A stretch of 64,000 bases of DNA from the NCBI GenBank assembly GCA_052327205.1, contig CM126207.1, forward strand, positions 28,706,001 to 28,770,000, read 5' to 3'. Below, piece by piece: positions 24,553-36,550 of the stretch (position 1 is the first letter of the stretch; every line of letters begins with the position of its first letter). Under the pieces are notes generated by a model. The model saw only the letters and a program-made list of their open reading frames with translations, ran no database searches and was not told the origin of the DNA. The translations under genes were made by a program, and so were the position numbers. Source of the DNA: Somniosus microcephalus (Eukaryota).

Positions 24553-25150
24553 ATATATAGTGTGTGTGTATATGTATTCCCCATCTCCTATTTCAAAATG
24601 TTATCTTCTTGTTGTTATGTCTTCCCTGGCACCAGCGAGGGTAGGGCAGCAGGTTGCTCCCAGTATTGACCCAGGGTGGTTTCCCACTGATGTGGTGTCC
24701 CTCTCTCTGAGGAACTACTTCGCTTCTGCTCTCTACGTGTCTCCCTACCAATCCGACCAAACTCAGCAACTTGGCGTGTGGAGGATTGCGGGCTCAAAGG
24801 CGATTCTACGATGCCATGGCACAATGTTATTGCACTACAAACATGTTGTTGCATTCGTGGTCTGCCTTCAAGCAGATGGCGGAAGTCCCAGCGAGCCGCA
24901 ATGTTGCCAACGGGCGGAGAATCCAGCTCTTAAAGTTCCAGTCAGAGAAAAGTTAATAATGTAAACTGGGTTCTGTCTGCCTGGAACTTAGTGTAGTTGC
25001 CAGTCACTGATCAGTAGCTAGAGTGTAAATCCATCCTCGTTTGTTAAGGTGCTTTTTACTCCAGTTATATGCATAGACCTTTAGCAATATTTAAGGCATT
25101 TACATATATCAGAAAATACTGTTTCTTTCCTTTTTAATGTTCTAAACCAG

Positions 25151-25322
25151 AGCCGCCAGAGGAGACCTGGTCCCGATTGCCCTTTTACACCTGTGTCACT
25201 GTTTACTGTCCAAGTTCACATTTGTTGCTGGTGCTGCTTACACAGAGATCAGAGCACTCGCAGCAGCCAAAGGTATGAAGCTGCAAGCCTTCTTCAGCCA
25301 GTACAAGAAACCCATATGCCAG
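25151..25322 (+). CDS. ATR: ATR exon 13 (172 nt)
   Basis: AARGDLVPIALLHLCHCLLSK...FFSQYKKPICQ; CAG|gtgaga. Confidence 0.95.
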
Positions 25323-25921
25323 GTGAGACTGAGGAACTGCTCTTGATACTTGAGAGGTTGTGATCCTTGAGGTATTTTGCTGTCGCAGCTCTACAGCTAT
25401 AACGATTTGAGACTTAGTGCAGCTGATATACTTATACCGTGTTGACTGTGTGGTATTCACTTTGTTTCCTGTACAATGTTGTATCTATTAGCCATTCTTT
25501 GTCAGGAACCCCACTGTAAACCAGTCGTTTTCAAACTTTGATGTGTGGGTGATGGCTGCAATTATTAAGCCACTCCTTAGGACACACCCCTGACCTTAAT
25601 TCTGAAAGATAAAGTAGTTAACCAAGGGAAAGAAGTGCTCTTGTAGCAGAAAATGTATTTTATTAGGAGCAGCAACAGAAATAACGTGTTAGTAAGTGAA
25701 CAAATAAAGAAAAATCCAGATAGCTGATGATGGCTGGACAGAAGAGTTCCCAGTTTAAAAACCTATGCTTTAAACAAGCTTTCAAGCTAAAGATAAGACA
25801 GGCTCACTGTGGTGTCTCTCACTCCAGTTCTCCCGGACACACAGTTGAGCGAGATGGAACTAAATGGATCAGGGAATGATCCCAAATTAGTTCAAAAAGC
25901 AAATAAAATTAAAAAAATTAA

Positions 25922-26621
25922 GGCCTAGAAATTCAGTGGGCCTTGCGCCCACTTAGCGCCTAAAGAGGTCTTCTGCGCCGGCGGGTTGGTAGCGCGGAAA
26001 TTGAGTGCAGCGTTAATGGCGGCGGTAGCCGGTAGCGCTGCGCCGGCACCGATGACGTCATCGGTGTGCGCAGCACCCCGGTTCCGCCCCGATGCCGGCC
26101 CAACGCCCATATTCAGTTGCAGCCGCCTCTTCCGCAGCGGCCGCAAACAACGTTCGTGAAACACGGCCTTCATGCAGCGTTAGTGGGGCGCATAAAGGTG
26201 GAGGTGCGGCCGGCCACTTTTTCGGCGGCCGCCTGCCCGCACCTCCCTCCCCGGCCTCCTACACCCCCCCCCCCGCGGCATTGGTGGCTGATTCCCGCGA
26301 GCCCGGCACTTCTCCGTGGTGCCGGGCTCATTTGCCGGCAGAATCCAGCGGCGATCTCACGGCTGCAGGCAGCTCCTCCTTAAGAGAAGGAGGAGGCCTG
26401 CAGTACCCCAGCCTGCCGCACCGCATCGGGTGGCGCAGCGGCAGCTGGAGCGCTGAAATTCACTTTCAGCGCCCCAAGCGGAGGCAGGCACACCCTGGAA
26501 CAGCGCCCGGTTCCGACTTGGGGCGCTAAAAGTGAATTTCTGGCGGGCGCAACGGGCTCCGGGCGCTGCGCAAACTTTTAGGCGCAACTGAGCTGGCGGG
26601 GCCATACCTAATTTCTAGGCC
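25922..26621. mobile_element. PIF/Harbinger-like MITE, CpG-rich
   Basis: Perfect 12-bp TIR GGCCTAGAAATT; TSD TAA. Confidence 0.82.
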
Positions 26622-27961
26622 TAAGACTTTCAGTTTTTTTTTGTTTCTGTGTAAGTAGTCATGATTCCTTTATCAGCATTTCATTGTCAAGAATGCCCCC
26701 TATATCCACTAGAAATCTGATGGCTTATCTGTGGAGGTAGTTTGTGTCAATTTTAAATTGTAAAACTTACAGTAACAGGCTCACAGAATGTTGGAAGCAA
26801 ATACTCATGTCTTTTATTTAGGGCTTTCACACACAACATTTAATTGTAGGGTACTTCAGTTTAAATAGTAAAGATTATTTAAATCATTTTTATTATCTTA
26901 TTCTTGTCTCTGCTCATCCGCGCATGAGGCAACCCATTTCTTCCACTGCTTTTACATCTGTATTATGCTCTAGGTTGTTTCCGTAACAAAGAACCCTTTT
27001 TATGTAGCCAGTTCATTTAGTCTGACTAGGGAGACTGGTTAGATGCAATGGTGGGGGCGGGGGTCACCACTCCACTCAAACGGAGTACCCCATTGGATGT
27101 TAACCCAGTGTTCACAGACCGGAACACTCATCTGTGCATGCTGGGGCTGTCTGGAGTGGGCTCAAACCCATAATCTTCTGACTCCGAGGCAGGAATGCTA
27201 CCACTGAGCCAAGGCTCACTCCCAATTTTTATTCTAGAGGAAAAGATCTTTTTTTTTGCAAAACGTAAAAATAAAGATATTACCTGTTGACTGTGATATA
27301 TAGCTCATTGTCAAAACTTTTAAAAAAAATCTCTCCCTGTAACTGTCTCTAATTCAGTATCTTCCTCTTTGTCTTGCTGATTGTTTTCCATTTGTTTCGT
27401 TCACTTTTTTTTTAACCTGCCTCCATGATTCTCGCACTTTATCTTGTCTTTTTGTCTATGACTTTTTCTATATGACTCTCACACTCTCTCTGTCTAGTGC
27501 TCTTGTTCTCCACGTCTCTCTAAGTATTTGTTTCTCCCTCTTTCCTACAGTATATCCCTTCCTTAGTGGATGTATTTTCAATTTTTTTTTAAGTGTAAGT
27601 GTTAGTTTAGGCATCCAATTAGCAGACACTAGTACATTATAACAAAACATAGCAGCAGAAAATAGTTTTAAAAGATATGAATGACACCATTGCGCTGATT
27701 TGCGGGAACAGGCCGTTGAGTAACTGCTGAGAAATTACTAAAAATAAGAGTAGATCTCCCATGGTGTTGCTTACTAATTAGTATTTATAATGAGCATAGT
27801 GTTCTTCTTGCTGACTACAGATGGATAAATAAATTTGTGCCTTGTCGTTACATAAATAAATACTGCATGTAAAGTACTTTGATTACATATATTTATGTAA
27901 CTGTGAGTCAGATACGTTTATTTGTGTTTCCTTTGCTTCTGGCATTTGTTGTAGAATAGAT

Positions 27962-28470
27962 GAACATAGAAATACATCGAAGTTACACCGCAGTACAACC
28001 AGTCCATGACTGCTTTTACCCTCCACACAAGCAAATAGCTCCAATCACATTTGCCCATGTCCTTTCTACCCCTTTTCCTTCATCCATCTATCCAATCTAA
28101 TCTTGAATGTTGACGTAGTTTCTGTCTCAGCCACTAACCCTGGAAATGAATTCCACAGCTTCTCTGTGTAAGTAAGCTTCTCCTACCCTCTGCTCTGAAT
28201 CTCTTGCATTTAGTCTTGTATTTATAGCCCCTTGTACTTGACCACCTCAAACACCGGAAACTGTCTGCTTCTATCAACCCTGTCCCATCTTTTCATAATT
28301 TTAAACACTTCTGTCACATTGCCCCGTAATCTGTGATGTTCTAATGAAAAAAGACCCAATTTGTCAAGTGTTTCTTCGTAATTGTACTTCCTCATACCAG
28401 GCAGCATCCTACTGAATTTTGTTGTACTCTCTAAAGCCTCAGTATCCTTCCTATAGTGTGTAGCCTTCAA
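27962..28470 (-). mobile_element. CR1 LINE 3' fragment (older)
   Basis: HYRKDTEALE...LDKLGLFSLE..RLRG. Confidence 0.75.
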
Positions 28471-29260
28471 CATGAGAGGTTATAACAGGCGGTACATTTA
28501 ACTAATTACATGTAATATCTAAAAATTGGAAATAGATGTAATCATATAAATATATGCAGTTATACAATTATATTTTTGGGTTTTAATGCTAGGTATATTC
28601 AGCATCAACAGGCACCTCTGTAATCAGACCTTGTGTCCCCTACTAACTACTACAGCGTGACTTCCCAATATTTAGATAAATTTAGAGAGACCCAGGTGTC
28701 AAACATGAAACATTTGCCACCGTATACTGGCATACTGGAATATATCAGAAAACACAAGAATATACACTGTCAAATTGTGGTTCAGGTTATACACCAACAA
28801 ACAAATGTATTTACTACTAAGTATATAAATGAACAGTACTCGGTACAAATGAAATATTTTAAGTATGAATAAACTTTTTAATTGAAATGTCAAAACAATA
28901 AAGACCCTTTTCTTGCATCAACATGCAACATAAGATTAATCATTGGAACATGGTAGCTCACTTCTTACATTTTGAAATGATAACTTGAAGCCTCTGATCA
29001 GTTTCATACCTCTGATGGCCTCTAACTGGCTGACACTCTGATTGTAATTTAGCCAAGATTTACCCTGAGTTCCTCTGGAACAAAGGAGTTTCTGAACTCC
29101 TAGCTGCCAATCAAAACAGAAACTTTCCAAGGATCCTCAGAATATAAATGCTTGTTGATAATGATAGTGTAAATCACTTGGGATGTTTGTCCCAATTACT
29201 TCGACTGGTGTGTGGTTGCAGGATACTAACATTTTGTCCAGCCAGTTATTAGGGATATTA

Positions 29261-29593
29261 CAGGAAACTTTGGTTTATCCGGAGGTTGTATGTCCGGAAA
29301 CCCGATCTAACGGCAGAAATCAGCAGCCGTTTTGGTTAGGTTTTTTTTCTTCTAGCATTTTTTTTTTTTTTAACAGGCTCTGGAAAGCGTCTCTGTAGCT
29401 TAGCAACAGCTTCAGAGACGCTTCCAAGGTACAGGCCGAGTGTTTACAAGCTGTTGCTAAGCAACAGTGTTTGTTGTCAGATACGGAGATGAAAACCTCC
29501 GTATCCTTCAACATTAGCGCTGGTCTATCCGGAAGTTTTGATAGATCGGCAGCAGCTCGGTCCCGTCGGTGCTGGATATCGCGAAGATTCCTG
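29261..29593. mobile_element. Tigger/pogo-like MITE (family B)
   Basis: TA|CAGGAAACTT ... ATTCCTG|TA. Confidence 0.85.
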
Positions 29594-29724
29594 TACTGGG
29601 CAGAATGACACTAATGGCTCGGCACTCAACAGCCATTATCATTTTAACCTCCCCCTACTGTTCAGCAACAACAAACTACATACACATATTAATGCATTTG
29701 GTATGCTGGACTCTAGCATGAATA

Positions 29725-30057
29725 CAGGAAACTTTGTTATATCCGGCACCGACGGGACCGAGCTGTTGCCGATCTATCAAAACTGCTGGACATACAAAGT
29801 TAATGTTGAAGCATACGGAGGTTTTCATCTCCGTATCTGACAACAAACACTGTTGCTTAGCAACAGCTTCAAACAGTCGGCCCGTACCTTGGAAGCGTCT
29901 CTGTAGCTTAGCAACAGCTTCAGAGAGACTTTCCAGAGCCCGACTGTTGAAAACAAAGCCACGAGAAGAAAAAAAAACCTAACAGAACGACTCCTGATCT
30001 CTGCCGGTAGATCGAGGTTTCCGGACATACAACCTCCAGATAAACCAAAGTTTCCTG
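29725..30057. mobile_element. Tigger/pogo-like MITE (family B), inverted relative to 29261-29593
   Basis: TA|CAGGAAACTTTG ... CAAAGTTTCCTG|TA. Confidence 0.87.
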
Positions 30058-31043
30058 TACCTTGTATCTTGCAGAAAGTTAGCAGTACCCAAGTTTAACT
30101 CTTGAGTGCTGTGACCAACAAGAAAAAAATTGTAGACAAAAATGCTTCATGTTTGTCACGCATGTCTAAATATATCATTATAAATTCCCAAAATATTATA
30201 TATAAATATATTGTGAATATATTTGATTATTCATGTTTTGACTTGTATAAATGATTATTATATATAGAATTGCAAACATCTAAATATCAAAAAGTTGTAA
30301 TTTGATTTTAATATGTAACTATTTTGTTAATATAAATATATTAATATTTACAATTTAGTATATGCATAGGCGAGGAGAAAGAAAAGTTATATATTTTTTT
30401 AAATGTCAAGTTTGCATCAAATCAGGTGGGTGTAGTAAAGGAAGAATAACTAAAAGGTATTGCAAGGCTGGTGCAAAAGCCAATTTTTTATAATTGAATT
30501 GATGGTTTAGATCTGACTGGTCCATGGTGACTATACCTCGAGAGTAATTAATTGGCTATTGGGACATCCGGCAATGTGAAAGGCACTATATAAATAAATG
30601 CAAGTTCTTTTTTTTCTTTTAGTTCTGTGCAGACATTCATTCGTACAATTCCACTTCTTGCAGTCACAAGACTTTTAATAGTATAAATGGGTATCGTTTG
30701 GACAGTGAATCTTGCGCCATTGCATTCCCGACAAACTGAAACTATATAAAATGCAAGAATTATGTTGATTTAAAATTTTAGGAAATACTGTAAAGTTTGG
30801 TTATGGAGGCCACATGACGTACAAATTTTTATGACCTGCAAGCCTGGAAGGGTACAAGTTATGTACTGATATAACCAAGCATATGCTGGACGTGATTATT
30901 ACACCGGTGTGGCCAGTATATCAGATTCGTGCAGTTTAAATACTGGCATGGTTTTTTTTGAGAGACCGGCTGTGTTATCTTTTGCAATCTTATTTGTGGT
31001 TTAAGCTACTATCATGAATCGTATATTGCTGTTTATTTTGCAG

Positions 31044-31214
31044 TTCCTGGTGGAGTCACTACATACAAGACAGCTGACAGCCAGTAGTAGTATTGAAGGT
31101 CAGAGTAAAGAACTCTGTCAGCGAGAGGCAGATCATCAGCGGCAGATTACACTTGACATCTTATCTGAAGTAGCTCATGTGTTTGATTTCCCAGATTTGA
31201 ATCGCTTCCTCACT
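31044..31214 (+). CDS. ATR: ATR exon 14 (171 nt)
   Basis: FLVESLH...LSEVAHVFDFPDLNRFLT; ACT|gtatgt. Confidence 0.95.
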
Positions 31215-31289
31215 GTATGTAAATATTGTTGTGTTTCTTTAAATGGTAGTTCTTCTGTAACAGGACAAACTGAAAGAGCATTTAATGTA

Positions 31290-31550
31290 CAGGAAACTCT
31301 CTTTTTACCGGCACCTAAATAATCGGAAATCTCTCTTAACCAGCAAAATTCAGGACTAGGTTCAGGTAAGTTTTACTTCATATTCGTGGCCGTGTAACCG
31401 GGGTTCCTGCACCTGTTGTCATGCAACAGGGACGCCTGGATCTGTGGCCGTGTACGGGGCTCTCGTACCTTAGTAGGTACACCTCTCTGTAATCCGGACT
31501 TTTTGATCAACCGGCACCACGCCGGTCCCGGATAAAAAAAGAGTTTCCTG
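31290..31550. mobile_element. Tigger/pogo-like MITE (family A, shorter)
   Basis: TA|CAGGAAACTC ... GAGTTTCCTG|TA. Confidence 0.85.
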
Positions 31551-32420
31551 TAGTAAGATTTCATTTTACGGTATTTAATCAAGAAAATATTAAGGAATGA
31601 GCAATTTAATCCATCTCGAGAATTTGAGAGTAAAATTATAAAGTTTCACCTGCCTTTTTCAGAGTTGCGTTTGTGTTGAGATTTGTCAAAATGAATGGTG
31701 GAAATTTAAGTTTTGACAAATGCTTGATTTTCTTTGTTGTTGATGTATAAACTGCAGTTTTTCCTCCATCCTGAAGATGGCGCCCTCGTACGGTTCCACA
31801 CTCTTGTGTGAGTCTGTACATTGAGAGCAGGCAGGCTACCTGATCATGGAGGCCATCACTTGACATTCACACTTTACAGCAGTGGCCATCGGATAGTGAT
31901 CATGAATGGGAACCCTGGCAGATTTGCCCCCCCCCCCCCTTCCACTCACAACGACTGGGATATTGAGGCCAATTGCCCTGGCTGAGATTTGCTAACTCGG
32001 AACAGACCAGAGATTGTTCTGTATGGGTTATGGGTTCTGTAAGGAAGAGGAAGTCATGAACTGTGGTGTCTAGTGTAAAATCATTTTGGAAAGCATAACC
32101 TAAATCGAACCATTTAGGAGTTGTTTGCAAATGCATAATTTTGACCCAATTCAGACTACTGTGAGTGTGGATGGAAGCTTGCCTTGCCTCACTTCAGTTC
32201 ATCTATTTCTCTGAAATGGTTGAATACAGAGGTGTATGGACATTCCAGGGAAATTAGGGTTACTTTAATAATGAATTGAGAGATGGTATTATACCAAACT
32301 TCAATTCCTTATGCTTGCCCCGGACACCATAGCTCTCCCTTAAGATAGCACTCATACCGACAAAAGGGCATTTTTCCAATCTATACTGCTGCAAGATGTA
32401 AATTACATTTTGTTTTCCAG

Positions 32421-32615
32421 CGTACCTTGCAATCTCTCTTGCCATATCTGGCTGCAAAGGCCAGTGCTACTTCTTCATTACTGATCCGCACCATAGCAAA
32501 GCAGCTGAATGTCAATCGCCGCGAGATCCTGATCAACAACTTTAAATACATCTTTTCCCATCTGGTTTGCTCCTGCTCAAAGGATGAACTTGAGCGTGGC
32601 CTCCATTATCTACAG
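32421..32615 (+). CDS. ATR: ATR exon 15 (195 nt)
   Basis: RTLQSLLPYLAAKAS...NVNRREILINNFKYIFSHLVCSCSKDELER. Confidence 0.96.
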
Positions 32616-33218
32616 GTAAAACAAGTATTTTTGTATTAAGTAACAAGGGCTTTGCAAGCTAAAAAATCATTTCTTCAAACCGACTCATGAAAAAAGGGTT
32701 AACAAAAAAAATTCACACGAGAAACGAATCATCAACTTTATACCCTACAAGTCTCCTGATCCATCAGGGTGGATCCCAGATAACCTGTGTTTGCCTGCAG
32801 GCAAACTTCCAGGCTTCAATGCCCCATTGACCTATCTGGTGCCGTGCAGTTGGGAGGTCTGTCTGCACTGCTGGGAGTCGGGAACTGATGCAGATCATCC
32901 AGCGTCTTCCCTGGAGACTGTTAAAATATAATTGCGAGCCATCTGTAGTTCATCAGTAACTGGAGCAATATCTCCTTTTGAGCTTTTGGAAACACCCGCC
33001 CCCCCCCCCCCCTTCAATTTGTGTTTTCTTGTTTCCTTTTCTTCCATTTCTCTTTTTTAAATCTGCGTTGCTAGTATTTTTCGACATGATGTACCCCTCT
33101 CCATCCAACCAATAAAAAGTTTTATTCAAGTGACAGGATATACAAGCTGCCCATTATGTATTGTTTATGAGATAGGATTTTTGTTTCTCTGCTTCTTGTT
33201 GTTGTGTTCTGTGTTTAG

Positions 33219-33404
33219 AATGAAACAGAACTTGAACTGGGCAGCCTTCTCAGACAGGATTTTCAGGGGTTACATAATGAACTACTGCTGCGTATAGGAG
33301 AGCACTATCAGCAGGTTTTCAACGGACTGGCCATACTGGCTGCTTCTGCTTCTAGAAAAGATCAATACCAAGCACCCAGAGACATTACTTCAGCAGAGTT
33401 AATG
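33219..33404 (+). CDS. ATR: ATR exon 16 (186 nt)
   Basis: NETELELGSLLRQDFQGLHNELLLRIGEHYQQVFNGL; ATG|gtaagg. Confidence 0.96.
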
Positions 33405-33479
33405 GTAAGGAAACGTAGCAGGCATATATCTATTTTAGACCGCTATTGTAGATATGCTGGTTTTATACCATAAAATAGG

Positions 33480-35170
33480 AGTGGCAAAAGGTGTGTTGCC
33501 TCCCAGGTGCCGGTCGGTGTAAGGGACCTAATGGAGCTGGTTCAGAAGCTTTATGAAAAGGATGGAAAGCATCCAGCAGTCATGGTTTATGTTGGTAGGA
33601 TTCAGGTTGTGCCTAGAATTCTAGGAGTTAGGTAGATTACGAAGCAGGACCTCAAAGGTGGTAATCTGAGGATTGCTACCAGTGCCACGTGCTAGCTAAA
33701 AGAGCAACTGCTACATTAGGGAGGTAGATGTGTTCTAAAGGGTCCAGATTCCTGGGACATTAAGATGACTACTGAGGCAGGAGTGAGCTGAGATGAAGAA
33801 GGAAAATAAACTCTTGGTGTATAATAAGTAAGGAGGTAAAAAGGTTGAAAGAGGTTAAACAACAGAAAATATTTTTTAAAAGGAGAAAAACCTGATTTGG
33901 AAAGGAGGATTTGCCTAACCGTGAAAATTCAAACTAAATGCACAGTCTAAGGAACAACATTTGGAAAATACAGTCATTGATTAAACTAGAAAATCATGAC
34001 ATAATGGCAGTAACTGAAACATGGTTGCAACTAGGTCAGGATTGGGGATTAAATGTACCCGAGTGTAAAACTTACAGGAGGGATAAGGAATGAAGGAAGG
34101 GAAGGGGAGTGATGGTATTAATTAGAGACAATATCATAGCACTAGAGTGCTACAGTAAGCTGCACTTATAAAGCTTGGTCAAAGAGGTGGGTTTTAAGGG
34201 GGGTCTTAAAAGAGGAGAGGGAGGTGGAGGGGTTTAGGGAGGCTATTCCAGCGCATGGGCCTGAGGCAAGTGAAGGCACGGCGGGGTGAAGAAAGTGGGG
34301 ATGTATCAAAGCTCAGAGTAAAAGGAATGGAGTTTGGTTGCAGGGAGGTTGTAGAGCTTGAGGGTGATGTAGAGATAGGGAGAGGCAAGGCCATGAAAGC
34401 ATGTAAGTACAAAGAATTCTAGATATGAGGCTTTGGGGGACTGGGAGCCAATGTAGGCCAGCGAGGGCAGGGATGATGGATGAGTGGGACTTGGTGCAGG
34501 CGAGGATACGGGCAGCAGAACTTTGGATAAGCTGAAGTTGAAGGAAGATGGGAAACTGACTGAGAGCATTCGAATAGTCGAGTCTGGAAGTGACAAAGGC
34601 ATTAATGAGGGTTTCAGCGGAAGGTGGGCTGAAGTAGGGGTGGAGGTGGAAGTATGTGATATTTGTGATGGGGAGGATGTGGAATCAGAAGCTCAGACCA
34701 GGGTTGAACAGGATGTTGAGGTTGTGAACAGTAAGGATTTAAGTAGAGAAGTGATCCACATAGAATTCCTTTAGATTGTGCTGAGGAATTGCAAGGGATA
34801 AGTGACACTATTGGATGTGTACTAAAGACTGCTAAACAATGGAAAGGAAATTGAGGAAGGATATAAGAGCAATTGCAATGGTACATGGATATTACCAAGA
34901 ATAAGGGGAAATTTACGATAGTTACAAAAAGAATGAAAGGGGAGATTAGAAAAAATTCTTAAGACAGAAGGGGTTAGAATTTGTAATTGTCTGCCATAAA
35001 CTGAGTTGAAGTAGTGTATAATAAAAAAGGAACTAGATAGTTATTTGAAAAAGGGGAATATTAAAAGGCATTGTAAATGAGCAGGAAAGTGGGATTAGAC
35101 TCATAGAGAAAAACACCAGTACACGCTTGATGGGCCAAATGGGCCGTTTTCATGCTGCATCATTCTCTGA
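33480..35170 (+). mobile_element. Fragmented CR1 (ORF1 esterase-like, APE and 3'-end pieces) with a nested antisense L2 at ~34160-34740
   Basis: VCCLPGA-like and DIMAVTETWL-like remnants; CR1 3' UTR near 35100-35170. Confidence 0.55.
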
Positions 35171-35637
35171 TTTTCAGTAAGCTTGTGTAAATGTGTTTAA
35201 TTTTATTGTAATTTTAACAATGGTTTTACTACCATGTGGCCGTCTTCAGCCAAGGCAGACAGCAATGAGCTCCCAAACGCTAACAAGTGCTGCTTTATAA
35301 ATGGCGAGTACTGCTTACATTTTCCCACTTTTGGAGAAGAGCCTCACCTATCTATCCGTACCTACTTTGCATTAGTTGACCGTATAGGGAACCTAAGGAG
35401 CAAGGCTGAGAATACAATCCAAAGTATTAGGTGTCATGTACTCGAGCCCATTGTGCCAGTGAGCTGCTGTTATAAAGTAGTGAGTCTTGACTGTTCCGTT
35501 GTCAGTATTTGAAGTTAAAAACAAAGTAATATAAAGTAACAAATCTTAGTTAAGTCGATATTCAACACATACTTCACCTGGAGTTAAAACACATTCAGAA
35601 TCTGTTCTTTATGTTTTTCTAAAATCTTTTTTTCTAG

Positions 35638-35730
35638 GCAGACTACTTGCAGCCTAAATTGTTGGGGATTCTGGCCTTTTTTAATATGCATTTACTGAGT
35701 TCCAGTGTTGGAATGAATGATAAAAAGATG
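35638..35730 (+). CDS. ATR: ATR exon 17 (93 nt)
   Basis: ADYLQPKLLGILAFFNM (start of UME region). Confidence 0.95.
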
Positions 35731-35830
35731 GTAGGTAAATTTTTTACTGGGGTCTTATGGAATTTGGATAAACCTTTTTTGAGGAATTTACATGAAATCA
35801 ATTATTAATACAATTTTTTTAAATTTACAG

Positions 35831-35961
35831 GCCATGAATAGTTTAATGTCGTTAATGAAATTGATGGGACCAAAACACATTAGTTCAGTCCGGGTAAAGA
35901 TGATGACCACTCTGAGAACAGGCCTGCGATACAGGGATGAATTTCCTGAATTATGCTGCAG
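35831..35961 (+). CDS. ATR: ATR exon 18 (131 nt)
   Basis: AMNSLMSLMKLMGPKHISSVRVKMMTTLRTGLRY. Confidence 0.96.
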
Positions 35962-36247
35962 GTGTGTTTTGAAATGCAGCTTTCACTTTGAATGAATGGA
36001 AACGCAAAGCTGAATTTTATTGAAGTATTAATCTTAAGAGAAAAGTGTACTTCCTTAATATCACTGCTAAACAGAAATATTACTTCGGAAGGTCTTTTGG
36101 GGCCGTTTTGCTTTCATTGGAAGGGCATGGACTAGAATATTTTGTAGCAAAGCCTATGCAATAGTTACAGTTTACCCTTAATTTGAAGTTGTTTAATTCA
36201 AATTATCTAATTATTATTAGTGTTATTAACATTGCTTACTTTAAATT

Positions 36248-36550
36248 ATAGAAACATAGAAGATAGGAGCAGGAGTAGGCCATTCGGCCCCTCGAGCCTG
36301 CTCCGCCATTCAATGAGATCATGACTGATCATCCAAACTCAGTACCCTGTCCCTGCCTTCTCCCCATATCCCTTGATCCCTTTAGCCTTAAGAAATATAT
36401 CTAACTCCTTTTTGAATATATTTAATGAATTGGCCTCAACTGCCTTCTGTGATAGAGAATTCCACAGGTTCACCACTCTCTAGGTGAAGAAATTCCTCCT
36501 CATCTCTGTCCTAAATGGCTTACCCCTTATCTTTAGACTGTGACCCCTGG
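36248..36550 (-). mobile_element. CR1 LINE 3' end
   Basis: Nearly identical to 49527-49820. Confidence 0.85.

Noticed and set aside
24600-24960. Possible RTE-like LINE 3' remnant or 149-aa ORF
   Set aside because: Only a vague resemblance; cannot be supported without a search
22778-26605. Clusters of overlapping 70-145-aa GC-rich ORFs
   Set aside because: Stop-poor frames in GC-rich MITEs and the solo LTR; no recognisable domain
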